A stretch of 64,000 nt of DNA, from assembly GCA_038870635.1 (NCBI GenBank), contig JAVZJR010000002.1, positions 76,929 through 140,928 on the forward strand, in the 5' to 3' direction. The stretch comes from Candidatus Bilamarchaeaceae archaeon. GTDB taxonomy: Archaea; Micrarchaeota; Micrarchaeia; Anstonellales; Bilamarchaeaceae. The position numbers and the translations under genes are program-made. Numbering within the stretch: the stretch's first letter is position 1; each line of letters opens with the position of its first letter. Positions 1 through 8,032 of the stretch are shown one piece after another. Below the pieces are notes generated by a model that made no database searches, was not told where the DNA came from, and saw only the letters and a program-made list of their open reading frames with translations.

Positions 1-546
1 AAGAGAACCGTTCCATCCTGGTTTATCATTTACTACCTCCGCCACGAAAACAATATTATTATTGGCGTCATTTAGGTATCCTATTCTGAAATTATCAGAA
101 GAGGTATTATTTACATAGGTGTAGGTAGTTGGAACATTATTATAAGTGCCATAAGTGAGAGTGAAATTGGTTATGTTTTTGAATGTGTTTGTTCCGTTTT
201 CTGTGCCCGAAATCAATGAATCAAGAATAGACAAATTACCTGCCTTGAGTGGTAAGAAAATATTGCTTGAATTCACAGCAATTATATGTATTTTAATCGT
301 ATTGTAAATGCACGGCGGGTTTTGAGCGATTATATTTATTTCAGTTATGTTGTTTCCAGTTACAGTATGATTGTATACCACTCCATTTCCTAGTAAGACA
401 TTTCCGTATACTCCATCCCAATAGGTAGAGTTAGAAAAGATAGTAAATGTTGTTTGAGTTGTGTTTCCGCCATCTATATTTAATTGAGAATAAACTAGTG
501 AAATCATTAAAAGAAGCAGTAAGTTGGTTTTGATATTATTCATCAT
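1..546 (-). CDS. Secreted surface protein, 5' part (runs off left edge)
   Basis: Manual translation from ATG at 546: MMNNIKTNLLLLLMISLVYSQLNIDGGNTTQTT...YWDGVYGNV; signal peptide, Asn/Thr-rich; absent from the ORF track, consistent with no stop before position 1. Confidence 0.8.
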   Translation of the reverse strand, partial: MMNNIKTNLLLLLMISLVYSQLNIDGGNTTQTTFTIFSNSTYWDGVYGNVLLGNGVVYNHTVTGNNITEINIIAQNPPCIYNTIKIHIIAVNSSNIFLPLKAGNLSILDSLISGTENGTNTFKNITNFTLTYGTYNNVPTTYTYVNNTSSDNFRIGYLNDANNNIVFVAEVVNDKPGWNGSL

Positions 547-595
547 TTTTTTATCTGCCTTATATTTATTAATATTTCGCAATCCTAATCCTCTG

Positions 596-661
596 GATGA
601 TGACCAAGGTGATCGCTGAGAGCCATCTCATGGTTCGGTGATGATTGACGTGCGGTCTGAT
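596..661 (+). ncRNA. Box C/D 2'-O-methylation guide sRNA (dual guide)
   Basis: C box ATGATGA 597-603, 12-nt guide, D' CTGA 616-619, hairpin GAGCCAT/ATGGTTC, C' GTGATGA 638-644, 12-nt guide TTGACGTGCGGT, D CTGA 657-660; intergenic. Confidence 0.92.
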
Positions 662-693
662 TAATTGTTTAGTCTAGTGCGGCAGTATATATT

Positions 694-3600
694 CTATCTA
701 GGCGGTTTAACAAATTTATTCCAAAGGATGAAAGATATAGCTAAAATACCGCCAACTATAACAATCCATATTATTGCATCGAGATAGTTACTTTGTTTCA
801 ACTTTTCTTGAGTAGTTGGTAATGATGTCTCTTCCTTCTCTTTCGCTAAACTCTTTATAGTGAGTGTGGACCTTATGGGCCCATTATTTATTATATAAGA
901 AATTTTATATTCTTCTTTTTCTACCACAAACTGGCCTTCACCGTTTTCTGATGTTTGTAAAATTTTCCTTTCCCCTGAAGAACTTTCTAATAAAACATCT
1001 CGTTTAGCTAGCGGTCCTAAGTGGCAAATATGGTTTTCACAATAAGGCCCAACTAATGTAAATTTATAAATGTTACCTATAAACTCCTTTTCTTTACCTA
1101 CTATTTTATATTCTCCTTTACAGTCGCTATCCTCACAACATTCATAATCTTTCCAAGAGTGATTGGCAATATAGCCGCATTTTCCTTTTTCTATTAACTT
1201 ACATTTATTTGTTGTAAGGTCGCAATACATGCTTTCACTACATTGTGTGTTATCTATGCATTCCTTTTTTTCTTTACAGATATGCTCTTTCGCATCACAG
1301 TAAAAATTACTTTCAATACAATCACTGTCAGTGCAGCATTGGTATTGTATACATTTATGATCAACTATTTCACCGCAGCTACATTCGATTAATTTGCAAA
1401 CGCCTTTTGTCTTTTCATTTTCTATATAACAATATTCTTTTTCATTACATTCTTGATTACTCTTACACCCATGACAAGATGTGTAATTGAATTCTTCTTT
1501 TGCGGGACAATAATAGCCCCTTCCTTCAAATTCTAAATTATATAAAATTGTATCTAATGTAGATGGTAGTTTGTATAATATTTCACCACTATCATTACTC
1601 TTAAGACGCTCAATGTTATACTTACCATGGCTTATTAATATATACTCATTATCTATTAGTTTATTGTTTGTTTCATCAATAAGTTTTATAATTAATATAT
1701 CATTTAAACAATCAATGGTATAATTTATTTTAACTTTTCGAGAGCAGTATTCACTTTTACTTTTACTACTTTCGATAAGTTGTTTACGGCCCAATATTGT
1801 TAGGATACTTTCGTTAGCGAAATTGTTTATAGTGATTGATTTTGCTGTAGTATTTATTGTTTGATTAGAGGCTTTTTCTATCCAATCGGTTTCATTATTT
1901 AACCATACTTCAAGACTGGAAGGATTATAGCCGCTTACCTCACTAGGATTCCAACTAAAAGTAATTGAATCGATAATTAATAAATAGGCCGGGTAGTATT
2001 TACCTATTCTTATACTCTTACCGAAAAGTGCATAACCAGTAGGAGGCGTTCCAGAAGGGTTTTCAGACCAATTTATAAAAAACGAATATTTCTTTTTTAA
2101 TGTAGTGTTTAATGATATATTTGCATAATTGCGAAGAGATAATTTACCATCAGGTGCATCAAAAATAACATTTTGTAAAGTAAGTATTAAAGAACCCACA
2201 TTGTTTTTAACTATAAAGTCATAGCTGTTATTGTAGTAGTGGTCTTTCTGAATAAATAATACACTCCCGTCTTCTAAAGTAACTCCGCTTATTTTATTTT
2301 TATAGATGGTATTGCTAGCGAATAGCGTAGTCGTTTTACCTAAGATTAGTACACCGCTCTCTTCGTTACTGTGTATTGTATTTTGGATTAGTGTATTATT
2401 ATCTGCAGGTTCGTCTATTTGGATACCAATTCCATCGTTATTATAGATAGTATTATTAGAAATAGTATTATTAGAAGAGTAGCCACTTATAACGAGGCCG
2501 TAATAATTTTTATAGATAATATTTTTATCTAATGTATTGTTAGATGAAGTATATAAAGAAAATGCTATATCTGCTATATTATAGATGCTGTTATTTGAGA
2601 AAAAGCTATTGTTTGTCGAGATAAGAACAAAGCCTTCCGTAGCATTATATACGCTGTTATTTGAAAAAAAGTTGTTACTAGATGACTCACTTATTACAGC
2701 CGTGTCACTGTTATCATATATTTCATTATCTAATATGGAATTATTATTTGAAGCAATTAAGACAATACTTACTTCGTTACTATATATTATATTTTGGCTG
2801 ACTGTCGTATTTGTAATCCCTATCATTTCTAGACCAACAGTGTTATTATTTAGAGAATTTGTTTGGATGGTATGATTGTTAGAGAATTTTAATAATATAC
2901 CAAAATTGGAGCCGTAGATGTTATTTTCTTTTATTTCCGTGTCATTTGATGAGGTTATGTCTATGGCAGTTTGCAGAGCGTCATATATCGTATTGCTCAA
3001 AATAATATTTTGGTTTGACTCCTCATTTAATTTAATACCATAAAATATATTGTCGTATATTTGATTATGAGTTAATAAATTGTTAGAAGATTTATATAAC
3101 TCAAAACATTTATTATTTCTATATATTTTGTTATTTGAAAAATTATTTTCATTAGCATTATCTAAGTAAATGCCCCAATAATTATCATATATTTCGTTGA
3201 GTGTTATGTTATTTTTTGATGAAAATGAAACATGAATTCCTCTGCTTGTATTGTATATTAAATTTTCTGATAAAGTGTTAGTATGTGTTGACCCTCCCAA
3301 AAAGAAACCATCTCCGTTATAGTAAACAAAATTTTTTGAGAAAGTGTTGTTAAAACCTCCAATTGCACCAAAACCATAAGTGTTATTATGGACAGTGTTG
3401 TTTGTTATAATGTTGTCTGAAGATGATATTAAATATATCCCGTAAGTCGTGTTATATACAGTTGTATTTAAAATTTGATTGTATTGCGAGTTTTCAATAC
3501 GAATACCATATGTATAATTTAAAATAGCTGCACAATTCTTAATAGTAACATTTGAAACAGAAAGCAAAGAAATACCATGTGTTGGAGTAGCGCCGTCCCC

Positions 3601-3840
3601 ATTATAAGTTATGGTTTTGCCATTACAATCTAAAGTTATTTGAGAAGCTGTTATTTTTATACATGCTTTATCATTGTCTGGAAAACCTGGTAGTTCATTT
3701 GGTGCTCCTACAAGATTGGAAGTAAGTATATAAGTTTCACCTTCTTGAGTAAGGTTAGAACAGCTATCAACGAGTATGTCCGCGAAACTTACACTGATCA
3801 TTAACCCAATAAATAAGATATATTTACTATAGCTTGTCAT
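694..3840 (-). CDS. Membrane-anchored surface protein with parallel beta-helix (NosD/CASH-like) repeats and Cys-rich repeats
   Basis: Signal peptide; many 'GI.L..SNNN.I.NN.IYNN' repeats; CC.D.DC repeats; C-terminal TM followed by basic residues. Confidence 0.85.
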   Translation of the reverse strand: MTSYSKYILFIGLMISVSFADILVDSCSNLTQEGETYILTSNLVGAPNELPGFPDNDKACIKITASQITLDCNGKTITYNGDGATPTHGISLLSVSNVTIKNCAAILNYTYGIRIENSQYNQILNTTVYNTTYGIYLISSSDNIITNNTVHNNTYGFGAIGGFNNTFSKNFVYYNGDGFFLGGSTHTNTLSENLIYNTSRGIHVSFSSKNNITLNEIYDNYWGIYLDNANENNFSNNKIYRNNKCFELYKSSNNLLTHNQIYDNIFYGIKLNEESNQNIILSNTIYDALQTAIDITSSNDTEIKENNIYGSNFGILLKFSNNHTIQTNSLNNNTVGLEMIGITNTTVSQNIIYSNEVSIVLIASNNNSILDNEIYDNSDTAVISESSSNNFFSNNSVYNATEGFVLISTNNSFFSNNSIYNIADIAFSLYTSSNNTLDKNIIYKNYYGLVISGYSSNNTISNNTIYNNDGIGIQIDEPADNNTLIQNTIHSNEESGVLILGKTTTLFASNTIYKNKISGVTLEDGSVLFIQKDHYYNNSYDFIVKNNVGSLILTLQNVIFDAPDGKLSLRNYANISLNTTLKKKYSFFINWSENPSGTPPTGYALFGKSIRIGKYYPAYLLIIDSITFSWNPSEVSGYNPSSLEVWLNNETDWIEKASNQTINTTAKSITINNFANESILTILGRKQLIESSKSKSEYCSRKVKINYTIDCLNDILIIKLIDETNNKLIDNEYILISHGKYNIERLKSNDSGEILYKLPSTLDTILYNLEFEGRGYYCPAKEEFNYTSCHGCKSNQECNEKEYCYIENEKTKGVCKLIECSCGEIVDHKCIQYQCCTDSDCIESNFYCDAKEHICKEKKECIDNTQCSESMYCDLTTNKCKLIEKGKCGYIANHSWKDYECCEDSDCKGEYKIVGKEKEFIGNIYKFTLVGPYCENHICHLGPLAKRDVLLESSSGERKILQTSENGEGQFVVEKEEYKISYIINNGPIRSTLTIKSLAKEKEETSLPTTQEKLKQSNYLDAIIWIVIVGGILAISFILWNKFVKPPR

Positions 3841-3877
3841 AATACCATCTTTAGCAAAAAATTTAAATAGTTATTCT

Positions 3878-4726
3878 TTAACTCCATTTGCATTTTCCTT
3901 CGATACATCTGCAAACAACGCCATAAGTTGTTGGCCTATAGCAATCTTTCCATTCGCAGCTTGACATAATTATGCCTTCTGATTTTGATTGGCATATCTG
4001 CGAGTTACAACCGCCGTGTGTGCAATCGCTATCAGTGGTGCACGGTCCTTCTGTTGACCATCCACAAAAATCTTCCTTTGGTTTCTCTTCTTTATCTACA
4101 CATTTAACTATTGTTGGGAATGATGTTGATAAGATACACTTTTTATCAGACGGACATAACTCGCATGGGTCGCCTGAATAGCATCTAGGTTTAGCATATC
4201 CGGGTAACCTATAACAATCCGCTCCTCTTGGGCAGTCTTTTATTGAATTGCATTCCGGGCCAACTTTTGATTCGCTCTGAGCTTCTTTCTTTACAATTTT
4301 ACATTGGTGGTTAACACACTTAGTTTCAAACATACCTCCTATGCCTGTACAGTAATCCGGGCATTGTTTCTCTACATTTACAAAATTTTTCGAACCAACA
4401 AAACACTCACCTGTTTTTATGTGAGTGCCACAAGCACAATCTGCATCATTTGCGCAATAGTTTGGTTTTTCAGGTGAGCATTCCCCTCTTTGGTATGCCC
4501 ATTCCTCACATTTAGCACCATTTGAGAATTCGCAAACTCCATACTCTCCGCTTGCTTCTTGGACTATATTTAATCTTCCGCCATGGTTGATACAGAATTC
4601 CGAGGCAGGATTTGAGATAGTCGTGTCATTGCCTTTTTGGTCTTCGTTTTTAGAGTTTAGTTCTGGCATTATACATCCAAACATCAAGATAAAGCTTAAA
4701 ATTAAAATTATTTTTATCATTTTCAT
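3878..4726 (-). CDS. Cys-rich lipoprotein with DUF333 and eight-cysteine-cluster domains
   Basis: Lipobox-like MFGC; NPASEFC..GG...C.F.NG..CEEWAY.RGEC (DUF333); C-terminal FCGWST.G.C..DSDC..GGC..QIC motif. Confidence 0.75.
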   Translation of the reverse strand: MKMIKIILILSFILMFGCIMPELNSKNEDQKGNDTTISNPASEFCINHGGRLNIVQEASGEYGVCEFSNGAKCEEWAYQRGECSPEKPNYCANDADCACGTHIKTGECFVGSKNFVNVEKQCPDYCTGIGGMFETKCVNHQCKIVKKEAQSESKVGPECNSIKDCPRGADCYRLPGYAKPRCYSGDPCELCPSDKKCILSTSFPTIVKCVDKEEKPKEDFCGWSTEGPCTTDSDCTHGGCNSQICQSKSEGIIMSSCEWKDCYRPTTYGVVCRCIEGKCKWS

Positions 4727-4778
4727 GCCTTCTATATTTTTATTTAAGTTTTTAATGCTAATGGTGTAACTAAAAGAT

Positions 4779-5677
4779 ATGAAAATAGGTTATCCTTGCA
4801 TAAACACCAGCATAGGTTGTACTGCAAATTCTACATTTAGACTAAAAAACTACTCAGAAGAAAATATGGTAGAGAAAATAAATAACAACCTCGATTGTCT
4901 TGAAAAGATCCTCAATTATAATGTTGAAAAAGGATTTTTGTTTTTTAGAATTAGTTCAGATTTGGTTCCATTTGCAAGTCACCCCATCTGTACTTTTAAT
5001 TGGAGAGGTTATTTCAAAAAAAGATTTAGGGAAATGGTAAATTCATAAAAGAAAACGAGATTAGGATATCAATGCACCTAGATCAATTCGTGCTTATAAA
5101 TGCAACCAAAAAGGCCATTATAGATAGTAGTATCGCAGAATTAAAATGGCATTGTGATGTTTTGGATTTGATGAATTTAGATAACAGCGCAAAAGTTCAG
5201 ATACATGTGGGTGGTGTTTACGGCGATAAAGAAAGTGCCATAAGCCGTTTTATACAAAACTACAAAGCTTTGTCGCATAACATAAAGAAAAGACTTGTTA
5301 TTGAAAATGACGATAGAAATTTCTCATTGAGGGATTGTCTAAAAATAAGTGAAAACGTAGGGGTACCAGTTCTTTTTGATTCTTTTCACCACGAATGCCT
5401 AAACAATGGAGAGAAAGTGTGCGACGCCATTAAACTTCCTAGCGAGACGTGGAAAAATGAAGATGGCATACTTATGGTTGATTACAGTTCGCAGGAGCCA
5501 AATCAACGGGTAGGAAAACATGCTGAACACATAGATTTAAACCATTTTAAAAATTTCTTAAACTCTACAAAAAGATTTGATTTTGATATAATGCTTGAAA
5601 TTAAAGATAAAGAGACAAGTGCAATAGAAGCCATTCAAGTCTTAAAAAAACTAAATATCGACAAAAAAGCGAACTAA
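4779..5677 (+). pseudogene. uvsE: UV DNA damage endonuclease UvsE, split by a frameshift near 5035
   Basis: MKIGYPCIN, FFRISSDLVPFASHP, QIHVGG, RLVIENDD, FDIMLEIKDKE; adding 1 nt at 'gaa at ggt' restores EIGKFIKENEIRISMH; could also be an assembly indel. Confidence 0.8.
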
Positions 5678-5707
5678 TTATTAATTTTTTTTGTTCTAAT
5701 TGCTTTC

Positions 5708-6166
5708 ATGAAAATTAAATTGCTCTTTCTTATTGGATTGCTGCTCGTAGACGTTTTATTTGCTGGATGTGCCTATGATGGATATTCAACTGCATGTAAA
5801 GCTTGTAAATTCAGCGATAATGGGAAAATTGACCAAGCATGTATGAAAGATTTGAAGGAAAGAAGCCTGATTTGTATAAGCGGTAAATACCCTATAATGA
5901 GTGCAAAATATTCATTGGGTCAATGTCCTGGCGTTGACGCCTGTACCTCGCAATTGTCTGCGTGTATATCTAAAAGTTCAACAGGTAATGATGAAAAAGA
6001 TTGCAAAAGTGGTGTGGTTGCTGACTGCTATTACGAAGCTGATGAGTGTATACACAAAGTTGCATTAGAGTGCGGCGATCAGCCTGCGAGTTCATCTTGT
6101 GCGCTTCCCGTAATATTAATGACAGTTGTTTTATGCTTAGGTCTATACTTTGGTATTACAAGATAA
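5708..6166 (+). CDS. Small Cys-rich secreted protein with C-terminal Cys-TM-basic anchor
   Basis: Signal peptide; many Cys; C-terminus SSSCALPVILMTVVLCLGLYFGITR. Confidence 0.8.
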   Translation: MKIKLLFLIGLLLVDVLFAGCAYDGYSTACKACKFSDNGKIDQACMKDLKERSLICISGKYPIMSAKYSLGQCPGVDACTSQLSACISKSSTGNDEKDCKSGVVADCYYEADECIHKVALECGDQPASSSCALPVILMTVVLCLGLYFGITR

Positions 6167-7708
6167 ATGAATTTTTACAAAACATAGGTTTTTTGCATTG
6201 GTTCTCATCGTCAATACCTTTTTTCATACATAAACGAAGCGTATCAGTGTGGGGGTTTGCCAAAAGGCAGCCACGAACGAGAGTATGATTGCATAATGGT
6301 TGGTGGATGTCTTAGAAATGCAACTATCTCTATACGCTTGGAAACAAATGTTACGGCAAATATGATGATTCTAACTTTTGCCCAAAAGTAGTTTGCAGCG
6401 GCACGACAATAAAGAAAAACTGTAGATGTGATTCTGTTACAGGAAATTGTGTTTATGATGAAGGTTATTGCAAGTTGGGTGTAACGCCGATGGCACAGAC
6501 TGTGCATTAGAAAAACCAGTAAAACCAAAGCAAACCTATCAAAAAGGCGATGAGGTATTGTGGGGAAGGAGTATCATTACTGTGGTACTGCTGCGGGTGA
6601 GAATTGTGCAACTTGTAGTTTTGACTGCAAATGCGATGCGGGTTATGTATGCGACCCAACTTCTGCGAATGCAAATTATATGGGTTGTGTTAGAGTAGAA
6701 GAGAAAAAAGAAGAGAACGCGATGGTATGCGGTGGCAAAGTATGCAAAATGTTTTGCCTTAAGGATTATAGATATGATATAAAAACCGGCCAGTGGGTCC
6801 CTGCTGATTACTCTATGATTCCGGTGAGATGTAGCGAAGGTGTGCAGTGTACTTATGCACCAGCGATGTACTGCAAAACAGGGTGTAATAGCAACACGGG
6901 CAAATGCTTGCCTGATGATGCGAGCGCAGATGGATGCATAGAGGATGGCGAGTACATTATTCAGTCAGCTTCTGGAAAATTGCCAGTAAAACGCGCAATA
7001 AACAAGGACGGCTCTTCTGAAATTACAATATTGCAGCTAGTGAGTCATGCTAAGCACTGTGTTGGAGATTACATATCAACAGATGCAGAGACAAAGGTGT
7101 GGATAAAACACAAGAACGGTATGATCTCTTATATAGGTCCAGGTTCGCAGTACGTTGATGGATCTCGGGGCAAGAATGTTGTTGAAGCAAAAGGAAAGAT
7201 ACAAATTAAAAATCCAGGTGCACCTACTGAGGAAGAAAAAGGTATCGTTACAGTAGTTCCTCTTCAAATTGCTGCTGAAATACAGGAAGGCGCTGATTAT
7301 GGAACTGTTTCCCATATTCACCATGACTTGAGGGATTTCTATATAAAGAATACTCTAAAAGGCGGCCCCATTGATATATGGGTATACAACCAACACTCCA
7401 ATGTGATATATGATATATACGATGATCATGAAATCGTGACCGTGCTTGAAGGAGAGGTAGTGGTAACTGACTCTAAGACAAAACAGCAATTTTCACTGAC
7501 CGCAGGAAAGCAACTAACTCACGAGCTCGGACAAGAGATTCAGCCAAACATGCAACAAAACATAGAGGATGTTGATTTAAGTAGGATGGAGGATAACTCA
7601 ACACCTCCAGAAGGTAGTGTAAGCGCTAATGGGGGCGTTTGCACAATTGGGTTGTTTATGATTTTACTTCTAATCAGTCTTTATATAATAAAAGGAAGGG
7701 TTGATTAG
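6167..7708 (+). pseudogene. Cys-rich surface protein with FecR-like domain and Cys-TM-basic tail; 5' part broken by several frameshifts (6560-7708 open)
   Basis: Cys-rich coding text continues through several frames from ATG 6167 to 6560; FecR-like GDYISTD...IGPGS...VTVLEGEVVV...LTAGKQ; tail GGVCTIGLFMILLLISLYIIKGRVD. Confidence 0.6.
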
Positions 7709-7719
7709 ACTAAATTTAT

Positions 7720-8007
7720 TTACTTTTTTATTAAAATGAGAAATAGCAAAGTTCCTAATATAAGAGCGCCTATCTTACAGACTATCGGATTTTTGATATC
7801 GCTCTTATCAATGTGCCCTGAGTATTTGTGAATGGTTTCAGCAGTGCAGTTTGATACGCATTCTTCATAACCTGCTTGCGGTTTCCAGCACCTGTCCCAT
7901 TCCTTATCCCATTTGCCCTTGTAATCCTTGCAGCATTGCACCTCGCAATTTGTGCCTGCAAAAAGAAGGCCGCCAAGCGTCAAGAGCGTAAATATCATCT
8001 TAAGCAT
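7720..8007 (-). CDS. Small Cys-rich secreted protein with C-terminal Cys-TM-basic anchor
   Basis: Signal peptide, Cys-rich core, tail IVCKIGALILGTLLFLILIKK. Confidence 0.75.
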   Translation of the reverse strand: MLKMIFTLLTLGGLLFAGTNCEVQCCKDYKGKWDKEWDRCWKPQAGYEECVSNCTAETIHKYSGHIDKSDIKNPIVCKIGALILGTLLFLILIKK

Positions 8008-8032
8008 CTAACCACCTTTCTTATCCAAAACT

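Noticed and set aside
604..615. tRNA-Val(CAC) C34 as target of the first sRNA D' guide
   Set aside because: Would need a purine at 32 and a pyrimidine at 37, contrary to tRNA consensus
5015..5050. Programmed frameshift in uvsE
   Set aside because: The break maps to 'gaa at ggt', not to the upstream A-run; no stimulatory structure seen; a second lesion (MHP to MHL) suggests decay
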